Shown here: positions 11,710 through 23,607 of the stretch, piece after piece
How positions within the stretch are numbered: the first letter of the stretch is position 1
Layout: every line of letters starts with the position of its first letter
Source: Halocafeteria seosinensis
Lineage: Eukaryota
Length of the DNA: 64,000 nucleotides
Direction of reading: 5' to 3'
Assembly: GCA_001687465.1 (NCBI GenBank)
Contig: LVLI01000231.1
Location: 62,001-126,000 of the forward strand
Position numbers and translations under genes: made by a program
Notes under the pieces: model-generated
What the model saw: the letters and a program-made list of their open reading frames with translations, nothing else
The model's database searches: none
Told to the model about the DNA's origin: nothing

Positions 11710-12472
11710 CTACTCGGGTTTGATCATGTCAGGTGATCCCCGTAAGTAGCAACACCATTCATCACGTGGTAACTCCGTTCTGCACAAGAGTGCTGCAGCG
11801 ACTCCCCTTCCTTCTTGGTTAAGAACATTAAATGTAGAAATCGCGTGTTTCTGCAGTCGTACCCACACGTTGAAAACACGGTTATCGATTCGCCGCTACC
11901 CACTCGCTTGACGTACCGATGCCATATGCTCCACTGCTACTCCATTCCTGGCAAAATGACCAAACAGAATAGGATTCACCTCCTTCATTTCTTCTCCCGT
12001 TCCTATAAGAAGCATCTCTGCGTGCGCATGGAATTTCAACCCATTACTGCGTTCACCCAAGGAAGGCGTGTGTCTATGAAACTCACCGATGCGTGGCCGG
12101 ACTATCAATATGGGAGACAAGTTTTGCGGGGTGATTTCGGTAACTTTCCCCACATCCCATAATAGCGTGAAATTCGGAAAACAGAGAACAGAGCCTCTCA
12201 TATAGATCCCATTCACCTGGTATCCGAAATCATCCATTCCATGAATTACTGTATCATTCTCTCCAATCTGCAGCGCTTACGTCACAAAAATCACTTGATG
12301 CACGATTTCTGATGACGAAAGCTTTAGAGCAGCAGCATACCGTTGGTGAGACGTCCTGCTCTGTCAGGGAGGACTGATGACGTTTGAAACAAGCCTGAAT
12401 AGTCTGTATAGGGGAACAAGCCGTGCTTCTAAATGCACGCGAACCTAGCGCTCGACCGCCTCTAGACAGCAT
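11710..12472 (-). CDS. NDUFAF3: Complex I assembly factor NDUFAF3 (Mth938 domain)
   Basis: Mitochondrial-type N-terminus; GSVLCFP..LWDV, EMLLIGTG, VEHMAS|KHAISTFNVLNQEGRGVAAALL across GT-AG introns. Confidence 0.9.
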
Positions 12473-12627
12473 TATAGCACGTTCCAGAAGACAGATCGAA
12501 AGCGCAAACTAGCAAAAAACAGTACGATTAGCAAAGATGCAGTGTATTCACAAGCCTATACGCATGAACTATGGATTAGATTCCTACCCTCCTGGCACAT
12601 TGCCAAGTTCACAAACACGAGAGGAAC

Positions 12628-14752
12628 TTACACTCCCAGTGGGTGGGGTGGAAGATACCGTCCAGCTTTCAATACCGTCGATGAAATGTTTTGGCAGAGT
12701 TTATCGCCGCTGACGTCTTCGCCGCTATTAATGAGCTTTAGGTTGTCTTCAATGCGCCGACTGCTTGTCAAGGCAACGTACTTGGCGAGTTCGACCTCAT
12801 GATCAGCTATCTCCTTTCCAGCTTTTGTCGACGACGCCCGAGACAATGAGGTCGACATTGCATATAGATCAATCGCAATATCTGCTACTCGTTCCAGCTG
12901 GCGCTGCTGGTTGATAATATCTTTCTTGTGCTTCATCAATAAGTCACGCACAACGTTGCTAAACTCCGTGGTGTACTTGGATAAATTATCACCCTCTCTC
13001 TTCAGTTCACTCCGAAGACCGGGTATAGACTCTAGACCCATACCTGTCTTTCCAGAGACAAACTTGCTCAACATTTCGGGAATTCTACCAGCAAATTTCA
13101 GGGGATTGCTCTTCGCTTCTTTTTGAATCTCAGCTAGCTCAGCACCCGGTCCTTGGATGCACGTAAGAGCAACGAAAAGACGCAGTATTTCATTTGTGCC
13201 TTCGAAAATCATCAGTATTCTCGTATCTCGCATAAACCGCTCATAAGGAGGTGCACCTTCACCTGCCATGAAGCCCATCCCTCCGAGTATCTGAATGCAT
13301 TCGTTCACGCTGGTCCACATCGCCTCGCTCCCATAAATCTTGCAAATGGCTGCTTCTACGGCACAGTCGATGCTCGTGCTATCTAGTAAACCGGTTGTGG
13401 CATAAGCCATGCTTTCTATAGCGTACGCCTTTGCAGCCATTTCGGTGAATTTCTTCTGGATAAGCCCAAATTCGCTCAGAGGCTTGCCGAATTGCTTCCT
13501 TTCATTAGCATGCTCAGCTATCATTCCCATCAGCCTCTTGATAGCTCCGGCAGTTCCTGCACCTAACCCGAAGCGTCCGTTGTTCAAAATAGTCATAGCC
13601 ACTTTAAACCCTCCTCCCACTTCTCCGAGAACATTTTCTCTAGGGATCCGGCAGTTGTCGAAAGTCAATTGAACTGTATTTGAACCACGAATTCCTAGTT
13701 TTGTTTCCGGCTTGCCGGCCTCGATACCTCCGAAAGCCTTCTCGACAATGAACGCCGTCATCTTATCTCTAGTCTCACCAGTTTTTTCGTCTTTCACCGG
13801 GGTTTGGGCAAACACAGTGAACACGTCTGCGATTCCACCATTACTTATCCACATCTTGCTCCCATTGAGTACAAACTCCTTGCCATCTTCGGAAGGAATG
13901 GCTTTACATTGTACTGAGGCTGCATCCGATCCCGCACTGGGTTCAGTAAGGCAGAATGCAGCGATTTGCTCTCCAGTGGCCAGCTTCGGTAGGTACTTTT
14001 GCTTCTGTTCCTCATTTCCATCCAACAGTATACCCTTCAAACCTATACTTTGGTGAGCCATCAAGGTGACGGCAATGGAAGGGTCAAGAACCACCTCCTC
14101 TGCAATTCGAGCGTAGGCAGAGTTGCTCAAGCCGAGGCCGCCATACTCCTGAGGAATCTGAAGGCCGAATAGTCCCATCTCCTTCAGGCCATCCATGGTT
14201 GCTTTGGGTATTCTGCAAGCACGCACTTAAGTAACGTAAATCTCCTAGATGTCTGATAACTAGCACCGTCAGAGCTACGTACTCATGTTGCAAATCGATT
14301 TGGACCGAGTCTACACTTTCTTTGAAGAATTTGTCCACGGGTTCACTTAGCACTTGCAACGTTTCTCGTGCTTCTTCATCCAGCGCTACGGGGAACGGGA
14401 AAAGTTGTTTGTGCATAATATCTCCATAAAACAGCCTTCTCACGTAGGACTGCTCCTCTTTCGGCGGAATCCGGGAGCTGTTTTGCCGCACACTTTGTGT
14501 TTCCACAACGGGGCGAGACTGCACGCAGTAAGCAAAATTGCAATGTTACAGGTGAGATCCATTACTCTACGTTCCAAATAAAGTGTTGTAGGGCCTATAA
14601 GGGGACTGAGCTCGGCACGTCTGGGAGAGTCCCTGACGTGGTGCTGTGGGACGTACCATCGATAAGGTCGTTGGGGAGCCAAATAGGCCCTTTTGTCGAC
14701 CAATGAACGATCCTCGTAGTGAGGATGGGTTTGCAAGGACTTTGCGAAACAT
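12628..14752 (-). CDS. Very-long-chain acyl-CoA dehydrogenase (ACAD9/VLCAD subfamily), mitochondrial
   Basis: AFCLTEPSAGSDA, LNGSKMWISNG, RKQFG, catalytic IFEGTNEILR and the C-terminal extension typical of VLCAD/ACAD9. The 5' exons are only partly resolved. Confidence 0.93.
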
Positions 14753-15116
14753 GTTTGCCAAGGGATAACCCGAGAGTAACGAGATACAACAAGAGTTTTG
14801 CGGGAAAATACTCGGGATTACTTCAAGGAATTGTAAGCGCGATACTAATGAATGGAACAAAGCAATAGCGACAAAACAAAAAAAAGTCTGTCTTTTGGTG
14901 TTTGTCAATCAATTTGAGCTTTTTGGTGGGACTACAAAACTCCTGGTACTTCAAACACTGGGAAGTACAGGGCAATCTTCAAGCTGCTAACTCCCACAGC
15001 TACTTGTTTTTGAAGCAACCGGTCACATAAACGCCGCGTGTTGTAGATGAAGGGACGGACAAGCACTGTATCCTTTTTCTGTTTATGCGTCGTGTAGCGA
15101 AAACAGAGCGCTATGG

Positions 15117-16442
15117 GTGAATATGTCATCGACGTTCAAACGCAAATCGTCTGGGAAATTAACAGCGCAACGCTTACAATATTCACCAAACAAGAGCCTG
15201 TCTACAATTGACACTAAGGATGAACCAGTTCATCCTGGACCTTCCACAAGCCATAGCAGTCCGGCACTAGATGAGACTAAGGCGGATTCCTTGGATCTCT
15301 TGCATTCGGGCATAGAGGAAGATGCACCAACAACTAACACATCTCACAACAAACCGAGGACTACGAAGAAAAAGACGAAGAAGACTAAACAGAAGAATTC
15401 ACGTGGTATAGCAGAGGAAGGTTCAACAGCGAACCAGGCTCCGACGAAAGGAAAAGATAAAGGCGGTGCTTCACCCTCTAAGAACTCTGTCAAATTCCAG
15501 TAAGTCGTTGAAGTCCCCTTTTTGGCCACGATAGTTACCGATGCGCTTGATTTCCTTCTCATTGTGTTGTTCATTCCGTCTCATTGAGTTGTTTGTCAGT
15601 CTCAGCACACTTCGCGTTCGAAAGTGTGGATTTGGATGGCAGTAGATAGAGGATGAATTGTACTGCTGCTGTTGGGTAGGCTAGTACTGAACATATTGTC
15701 TATGCAGATACCAATCCGTAGCACCTACATTTGGAGTAAAAAGAGAGCAATATAGTACATTTAATTTCAACGAGGATGCGGTGTTGCCCCCTTACGTGAA
15801 GGAATTCGATGAATACGTACGTCTGAAACCGTGTGCTTATAAATGACCGTACCAAAGAACTCGTTTTCAATGCAGCTCCAGGGCAAAAGCAACAAAACAA
15901 CCAGGCGACCTAAGAGACAAAGTAGTAAAGAGCAAACGATGGTGTACGGAGCTGCATCCCTCGTTTCAGAACACTCGTTGGATCAATGCAAAAAAAAAGA
16001 CCAGGCTTATGCTGAATACTCCACCCAGAAAGCCCTGATAAAGTCGTGCGGTAACCAGCTAGCAGAGGAGCTAAAGGAGCGTATGAAACAAGTTGATCCA
16101 GATGCCGAATTCGCGATATCAATGAGTGTCCAAGAAGGCACAGTTTGGAGTACAGAGCCTAGCAAGTCCTCCACCTCGCTTTTCATTGCGGATGCCTCCG
16201 AACTACCTTTAATAGAGTTTACGATTACAATCCCGTCCACATACAGACAGCTCAACAAGTTGAAGGCTGAAATTGGAATAGAGTTTCATAGATGTTGCTA
16301 CAGACACCTGACCGCCTGCTGCTTCGCAAGAGCTTCCAAGGGAATCGCAGAGCCTAAGAAGGGAGGAGTAGTTCTACCCTACATGATGGATCCTGAGGCC
16401 CTGGTACTGCCACGAGCAGTGTTTCGCATAAGACATTCATAG
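15117..16442 (+). CDS. Hypothetical protein (exon structure uncertain)
   Basis: Lys/Ser-rich first ORF ending at a GTAAGT donor (~15500) and a downstream 199-aa ORF. I could not build a fully canonical internal splice model and recognise no domain. Confidence 0.45.
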
Positions 16443-19280
16443 CTATTCAGTCCCAACAATTTGCATCACTTCGTCCACATCACTTGGTTGGAATTGACCC
16501 TGCTGTTTCTCATAATAGACAACCTCATTATGCAAGTAAATGTTCAGTGAACGCTTCTTCCCTGTAAGCCTGTAGACTTGCTTCCCATCCACTTTACCGC
16601 GTTTCAAGTTTGGAACAAATTCCACACCGTTTTCCGCAGCAATGTGACTGACAACTTCTGAAAATGAGAGAGACATTTCTGTTTCTCTGGTCCGTGACTT
16701 TCGCGGCGTACTTGCACCACCTGATGGTGCGTTTTCTTCCTTCGCATTCGGAGTTGCTTCTTCCTTATCTGAAGAACTTTTCTGTCGCCTCTTCAGCACT
16801 TCATAGTAACTCGTTTCTGCGGGCACAAATTTGGAAGGAGATGCCTCTTCAGGCTCATGAGACATGTAGTGATCCAACATTTCCAAGGCCAAATCGAAGT
16901 AGTGGACCACACGCTGCTCATCAAGTAATCGCTCTGGGAACCGTTGCTTCCAACCGCTATACCATTCAGATACTTCCTCCAGATCGACTTCTTCCGTAGA
17001 CCATAGCCAGTATCGAAGAGTGGCAAGCCACTTAGGGAAAAATTCCCCTTCCAAAAGACACACAAGGTGAAAATGAGGAATTAAATCTACCCACTCCATT
17101 ACTTGGTTCCAAGGCTTCATCCTTTGCGAAGAAGGATCTATTTCAAGTTCCCGCATGGAGGAGACAAGCTTTGGCATAACTGAGCGAAGCAACAACGAGT
17201 TCATCGCTTGTTCACTCCAGACGCCTTTCCAGCGTTCCAGCACGACTCTAGCCGAGGTATCAGAGGGATCCCAGTTTACCAGCTCGCGAGAGAATTTTTG
17301 TCGAATGAGCGGGAATAACGTTTCTAGCTCTTTTGGCAAGAACTGCCGCCAGGGAATGATCCACGAGTCTATAGGTGTCATATCGGTGCGAGGATTCCAC
17401 TCCTCTACAGCCAACTTAAGTCGAGGGAATATAAGCTGTTGAAGGATTTCATTAAAACTGCTTTCATCTACCACTGGTTGCAGATTCCTGAGCAACTGAA
17501 TAATGTCATTAGAGTCGGTGGGGGACCACTTCTGTAAGACTTTACGAAGCCATGGGAGCACAAACTTGCTAACAACTCCTTGAATATTGCCAACATGTTT
17601 TCTTTGTTCCTGGGAGCCTTTGCTTTTTGTTGACACTGTTTCGATCCATTGTTGCACCGTTTCGCATATGAGTCGCAGCTCCTGTTCATCGTCGACGTCA
17701 CCGGAAAAATTGTGCGGTGACTGCTCAAAACAGTGCTCAACCAGCGCTGGAGCGAGCTCCATCAAATTATGAAGATCTATTTCTTCGCTCCTGGAGACTA
17801 AAAGATCCTGAAACATTTGGTGTGCTCTTTGAAGATTCTCCCAAAGAGAACCGTTTTCCAGGGAGAAGTTCTCCAATTCACGCACTATGACATCGACGGA
17901 TTCTTTTTCCTCCTCGCGATTAGTTATGCGCCTCTCCATAACAGTTATATCATGTTCTAATGAGGTATGCTTGTGCTCGTTCCTTGAAATTTCACGTTGT
18001 AGCTGCTGTAGTTGCACCTGGGTCGTATCGGCGAGAAGAGACAGATTATGCCGAAGTTCTTCCCCAACTTTATTTACCTCAGTATCTTCTTCAGTGAATG
18101 GCTCTTGTTCACTAACTTTGCTCATATCTGTTAGAATCTTCTTCTGCGGGCCCCTCATGTCGACAATTACTTGAGAAGCCCCCGACTGGTCAGCCTCGGA
18201 CGTTTGTAAAACCTCAGCTGCAGTCTTGTAAGACTTACGAGGCTGCTTCTTTTTCTCAGTGGGAGCCGTTTTCTTCCATTCTTGAGTATCTCCTTTGCGC
18301 TCTTTCTTTTCTTGGTCTTCAAACTGGTCATCTCCAAAATAGTCTTTCGCAATCTCTTTATTTTCTTTCAAGTGTGTGGCTTCTTTAAAGTTGCCGTAAT
18401 TAATACCACGACGATCGGGTCTTACTTGAACCGCAACAGGCTGCGCGATACCCTGCTCGAACTTTCCCAAGCGTCCCTTGAATCCAAACTTGGACAAGTA
18501 CTTCATTCCAAACCCTTTAGTGTGCTTCTCGAACTTTCCCAAATCCTTCATGGGGGGTGGTGGTTTCTTGTACTGTTTTCGATGTGAATCGTCAATTTCT
18601 TCCTTTCCTGACTCTTGCTCTTTGTCTGAAGGAGGCTCTTCACCTCTGGCACCCCTCAGTAATGAAGCAAAGTCTTGTTGAGTGGAGCCTATACCGGCAC
18701 TCCCTAGACCTGCGTGACTAGAGCTTTCTGGATCTTCACCTGCTTGCTGCTTGGCGTCCTCCTCGGAGAAAATATCCACATCCTCTCCATCGTCCTCTTC
18801 CTGATTCCCCGTGTTCTTGGAGCTCTTCACGAATGACATGTTTGAAGCACCAATGCCACTCCTGCTGGTCTGGAAGGACGGAGCGCGTTGGGTAGACTTT
18901 TTACTAGACCTTCTTCCTCCCAGTCGACTCTTAATGCGATCATCCATGGTTTCCTGCTCATCATCCGAACTTGATGCTTCTTTAAATACACCATAAATTG
19001 CATCTTCTTTGCTCATTTTCGGCTTCTTCTGTTTCTGCTCTTCGTAGTAGAATTCACCATCAATCCATCTACCACCAACAAAATCCGTGTCTTCTGTAAA
19101 TGCCATACGTTCTTGATCATCATCGTGTTCCTCAGACTCACCGACACCTCCCATGCCATTGTGTCCTCTTCCTCCTTGCTTCCATCTACCGCGAGTATGG
19201 GGTCCTTGGTGGGCATTTTCTTCATCACTGCTGCTCATCGCCACATTCCCACCACTGCTGGAGCCACCATCAGAGTCCAT
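16443..19280 (-). CDS. TFIP11: Tuftelin-interacting protein 11 / Ntr1 (spliceosome disassembly, G-patch)
   Basis: Intronless 945 aa. GRWIDGEFYY..SKEDAIYGVF N-terminal motif, G-patch KHTKGFGMKYLSKFGFKGRLGKFEQGIAQPV, GCFC domain WNPRTD..IDSWIIPW, EVSEWYSGWK. Confidence 0.95.
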   Translation of the reverse strand: MDSDGGSSSGGNVAMSSSDEENAHQGPHTRGRWKQGGRGHNGMGGVGESEEHDDDQERMAFTEDTDFVGGRWIDGEFYYEEQKQKKPKMSKEDAIYGVFKEASSSDDEQETMDDRIKSRLGGRRSSKKSTQRAPSFQTSRSGIGASNMSFVKSSKNTGNQEEDDGEDVDIFSEEDAKQQAGEDPESSSHAGLGSAGIGSTQQDFASLLRGARGEEPPSDKEQESGKEEIDDSHRKQYKKPPPPMKDLGKFEKHTKGFGMKYLSKFGFKGRLGKFEQGIAQPVAVQVRPDRRGINYGNFKEATHLKENKEIAKDYFGDDQFEDQEKKERKGDTQEWKKTAPTEKKKQPRKSYKTAAEVLQTSEADQSGASQVIVDMRGPQKKILTDMSKVSEQEPFTEEDTEVNKVGEELRHNLSLLADTTQVQLQQLQREISRNEHKHTSLEHDITVMERRITNREEEKESVDVIVRELENFSLENGSLWENLQRAHQMFQDLLVSRSEEIDLHNLMELAPALVEHCFEQSPHNFSGDVDDEQELRLICETVQQWIETVSTKSKGSQEQRKHVGNIQGVVSKFVLPWLRKVLQKWSPTDSNDIIQLLRNLQPVVDESSFNEILQQLIFPRLKLAVEEWNPRTDMTPIDSWIIPWRQFLPKELETLFPLIRQKFSRELVNWDPSDTSARVVLERWKGVWSEQAMNSLLLRSVMPKLVSSMRELEIDPSSQRMKPWNQVMEWVDLIPHFHLVCLLEGEFFPKWLATLRYWLWSTEEVDLEEVSEWYSGWKQRFPERLLDEQRVVHYFDLALEMLDHYMSHEPEEASPSKFVPAETSYYEVLKRRQKSSSDKEEATPNAKEENAPSGGASTPRKSRTRETEMSLSFSEVVSHIAAENGVEFVPNLKRGKVDGKQVYRLTGKKRSLNIYLHNEVVYYEKQQGQFQPSDVDEVMQIVGTE

Positions 19281-19618
19281 TTTTACTTCTTACAACGTGT
19301 GATACACCTACATCCACCAACACGGCGTCTCTTCGTTCCTTTTGGCCTTTTGAGTCTGAAGTCCCGGGAAAGCATCAATCAAACCTTGCACTTTTTCTGG
19401 TCAATCAACAACGCTGCGACTGGGAAGCTTCTCAGTCGGTCGCATAAGTTATGGCGAAGGCAGGTCAGTTTCAGACAACTACTAACATTGAAGTGGGATA
19501 GTATATATGTTTGATAGAACACCGTCAACGTATGTAAAGTACCAAATTACCAAGTTCTTACTGTACAGGCAGTCATTTTGTTGACTCGCATGTAAGGCTA
19601 ACTTGTAAAGCAAAAAAA

Positions 19619-21414
19619 ATGGAATTTGATGCGAAACAAGTGCTACTCGGCACAATAGCTTTATTGGCGCTGGTGGCGCTTCTCTCCTCCTCCGAGTACA
19701 GCACATTCATCCCAGGGTTTGCAGCACCGACCGCTAAGAAGCAGCACAAACAGCCGAAGCAAACAGGGGCTGCGAGGACCCCTGACCTCCAAGGGAGTGA
19801 GTGCTCGCAACACTTTACCCGGTCTTTGTACTGCCACGTGCACGTTGCTCTTGTCGTACCCTGCAGAAAAAACTGACAGTGGTGGAGATCGGGAGCCTTT
19901 TGTCGATACGACGTCTCGGCAACCTCCGGAGAAATCCCGGCAGTTTCCGGATAACTTGGGGCCGGCCACCACCAGCGACAAAGTTATGGAAGACATGAGC
20001 GTTTTCAAAGAAGTTATACACCCTCTTCGACGTATCGCCGATCTTACCAATAAAAAGTATCATCGGTTAAGTGAACGCCATGAAAGAGCACTGGAGGCAG
20101 ACAAGGTGCGCACGCTGGTCCCTGCGAACTACGTTGGGCGACACTTATCTATACCAAAGCCGATTGATCCGAAAGAAATCAAGAAGAAACACAATAATTT
20201 CTTATGGGGAACCAAAAGCGATCAGAGTAAAGTGAAGCAATGGAAGGATAGGGTCTGTAAAGAGCTGGAAAATCGCCCAATGCCAGGTGTCACCAAAATG
20301 CAGGAACTTCCTTTTGTGAATGATAGCAACGCTTTGGTGCAGCGATCGTTTGAAATGTTTAATGTCAATTACGATTCAGATGTGGAGCGTCCCATTTTTC
20401 CGGACAATGGACGTCCATTGGAGGAGCCATATTGTGACCTTCGAAAGTGCGATCAGAGCAAATTCCCATTTATATATTTCATGATTGCGCATCGGAATCG
20501 TCCAGCCAATCTCCAAAGGCTTGTGGCTTCGTTTCGAAATGCTACACTACAATGTGAATCACCTCCAGAATGGTTGCCTTGCTTATGCATTTATGTTAGT
20601 GACTATGGTACCTCCATGGAGACGGAACTGGCATCACGTCTTGCCAACACATGGAAGGATCGCGTCCGTCTGCTATCACGCAGAAACGTTACCCGTCCGT
20701 TCACCAAAGGAAGGGTAAGGTGCTTTTTGAACGTACGGTGTGATTTTATCTTTGCATACCATATACCATTACTCTGTGGATCCAGACTTATAACGTAGGC
20801 TTGAGATACGTTCAAACTCCTGCCAACAGAAGTCTCATATACGAAATTGATAGCGACTTGATCATGACAGATTGGGGAGCAGTAAATCGGGCATTGCGCA
20901 ATACTTTGTTAGGTAAGACTTATGTCGATAAGTTCCCTTGTGCATGACGTTTTATTTATTCTGACGTTTCAGGGCGACGGGTTACTTTCCCCATCATTTG
21001 GAGTACGAAGCCGCGTGTAAAGAATTTGGATACTTTCAACAAATACCTACTCAACGGCACCATTACGTCGAAGAAAAACGCATATAAAAGAAGTAAAGGC
21101 TACGGAATGACGACGTTTTATTTATACGACAATCCTTTTGGACTCTGGTAAGCACATGTTCGATTATACAATCATTTGAGTTATCATTTACAAAGTGGGT
21201 GTACTGCAGTGGACCTTTCATAAACCGTAGCGCTTGGGGATTGGAGGACAATGTGATGTACACTCAGGCGATGAGAGTTGTCAAAAGTCGAGAAATGAAA
21301 AAGCCAGGTCGGTATGAAGAAAAGTCTCTTTGGCATATCTTCCACTCCAAGAATACAAATTGGAAAAAAAGTAAGGATGGAATAGGCAAAAAGAGCAGAG
21401 CAAGGATCCTTTAG
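19619..21414 (+). CDS. Type II membrane glycosyltransferase, chondroitin GalNAc-transferase/B4GALNT-like
   Basis: Signal anchor; spliced product gives FTKGR|TYNVGL, DxD motif IDSD, VTFPIIW, GYGMTTFY and WGLED; five exons. Confidence 0.75.
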
Positions 21415-21919
21415 AAACACTTGACTCACTGGACCTGCATAACTGGGCGCTTGTAAGTTCAGTGCGAACCTCGTGACCATGAACCCCTGGGGTTAGCTCG
21501 ATTTTGTTAATGATGTGTCTGTGTAGTTTCAAAATTGGTACGCATTCATTCAGCGTTACAGTTTCGGTTGTTACCAGTGTACAGTAGTACATCCTGTACA
21601 CTGCACATGAACTACACGAACACACACGTACTGCAATTGTGTGGCGGTAACGCTCTTCCCCAAACTAAAAAGCACCAATGACGAACAAGTGAGATACCTC
21701 CACCACGTACACTACGTTAGCGTATTTTTGGCCTCTTACAGACTCATTGTAGCATACACGAATGTACAAGTAGTGTCTACTAATGTTGTATTCTTAATCC
21801 GGCGCTTTGTGAAGGTACGTCACCGTCTGAAGTTCCAAATTCAGTCGGTGGTGACATTTCGTTCTTGATGTACCTTAGGACGACTCTCTACACCATGGAA
21901 ACTGTGAATAAGTAATAGC

Positions 21920-23527
21920 ATGCGAAGAGTGGTGGCAGGATTGGCGCCACTCAAGCGCGGGCTATGGGGCCGTCCGGGTTATCGATGGAGGACTATCACA
22001 ACACTTCCACTGTATGCCGCCACCAGTGAACAAAATGAAGCCATTCATACCTCTCGAGGGACAAAGGATGTTTCATTACCACATCGAGTGATCTCGGGGC
22101 ACGATATATCCTTCTTGAAATCACCTGAGGAATTCCACTCCCAGCTCCTACACTTGGCCAGGAATGCCAAACGAGAGATTGTGCTGGTTTCACTGTATAT
22201 CGGAAACGCGAGCAAAGAGCAGGAGTTCATTGATAGTGTAAAAGAGGCCCTGAACCAGAATTCTGAGCTGAGATTGCGGATGCTATTTGACTACGGGCGT
22301 GGGAAACGAACTGCTCATGGATCGGATAAGTCCTCTTTCTCGTTATGCCGGGAACTACAACGGGAATTTGGGCAACGAGTACAGGCTTCATTTTTCTCTG
22401 TCCCCTGGCAGCATAACTTTCCCTGGAAATACTTACGCTCCAAATTCCAGGAAACAGTCGGGGTGCAACACATGAAGTTTTATGCGTTTGACGATGTTGC
22501 TATGATATCAGGAGCGAATCTCAGCCGCGACTACTTCTCCAACAGGCAAGACCGATATGTAGTAGTGCAGAATGCGAAGGAGTTGATAGACGATGTGCGT
22601 CAAATTTCGTCCGTTATTGAAGAATATAGCATTCCTGTAACATCTACCAATCCTCCTGACATTTTCTCGAGACCAAACTCATCCGAGAGCTTATGGAGTA
22701 GGTTGGAACAAACGTTCTTGAAACTTGGTGATAGAGGTGACTTTCCGGTGAGCGCTTCAGGCGAAAACGTGATCGCTTCGGTTTTGGTACAATTTGGCCA
22801 AGTTGGTTTCAACCTTGATATAGATGCAACGCGAAGGATTCTTCATGTCGCCACTGAGGCTTCAAAAGCGGGGGCTCAACCCACGCTGCACCTTGCAACG
22901 GGATACTTCAATTTACATCCAAAATACGAGGACTTACTAATCGAATTAGCCTCTTCGGGTGCCTACGTCAATATACTCACTGCTGCGCCTGAAGCAAACG
23001 GTTTTCATACGGCCACCGGCCTTGCGTCCTCCATTCCTCAGGCGTACACAGAGTATGAGAGGGATTTCCTAACCAGAGTAGACGCAAGGGGACTGAACGA
23101 CAGAATTGCCCTGTATGAGTATAAAAAACCTCAATGGACCTTCCATGCTAAAGGACTGTGGCTTCACATAGACCCTTCGAAACTTCGGCAAAGCGAGTTA
23201 CTCAGTAAAACTCATCACAGCGTATTTGACATGATGGAACGGGAGGGCGGCGTGTTAGAGCTGGTTGGTTCGTCAAACTTTGGTATCAGGTCTGTTGAAA
23301 GGGATCTGGAGCTACAGCTACTGCTGTATAGCAAGAACACGTACTCGGTATTCGGGCAACAGTTTTTTGAGGAAATTAGGAGACTGTGGTCCACCGGAGA
23401 CAAAACCATAAAGCAAGTTGACTTGAATACACTGTCGGTGGAGGATCGTAGCCTAAATGAATTCTTTTCTTGGAGTAAAGGAAGTTGGATCCGAATCGGA
23501 AAAAGCCTTCTCAAGAGCTTTTTCTAA
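21920..23527 (+). CDS. PGS1: Mitochondrial phosphatidylglycerophosphate synthase (PLD superfamily)
   Basis: QHMKFYAFDD..ISGANLSRDYFSNRQDRY, ATGYFN, WTFHAKGLW, GSSNFGIRSVERDLE. Confidence 0.95.
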   Translation: MRRVVAGLAPLKRGLWGRPGYRWRTITTLPLYAATSEQNEAIHTSRGTKDVSLPHRVISGHDISFLKSPEEFHSQLLHLARNAKREIVLVSLYIGNASKEQEFIDSVKEALNQNSELRLRMLFDYGRGKRTAHGSDKSSFSLCRELQREFGQRVQASFFSVPWQHNFPWKYLRSKFQETVGVQHMKFYAFDDVAMISGANLSRDYFSNRQDRYVVVQNAKELIDDVRQISSVIEEYSIPVTSTNPPDIFSRPNSSESLWSRLEQTFLKLGDRGDFPVSASGENVIASVLVQFGQVGFNLDIDATRRILHVATEASKAGAQPTLHLATGYFNLHPKYEDLLIELASSGAYVNILTAAPEANGFHTATGLASSIPQAYTEYERDFLTRVDARGLNDRIALYEYKKPQWTFHAKGLWLHIDPSKLRQSELLSKTHHSVFDMMEREGGVLELVGSSNFGIRSVERDLELQLLLYSKNTYSVFGQQFFEEIRRLWSTGDKTIKQVDLNTLSVEDRSLNEFFSWSKGSWIRIGKSLLKSFF

Positions 23528-23607
23528 AACAAAAAGCTGGACGCCTATGGAACAATAAGAACGTCGTGTATTGTGTCCATATGAAATGCTAAGGCTAACG
23601 GGATATG

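Noticed and set aside
20799..20804. Apparent in-frame TGA (selenocysteine?) in the glycosyltransferase after the TAG acceptor
   Set aside because: The upstream CCAG acceptor gives an open frame (TYNVGLRY) that restores the DxD motif.
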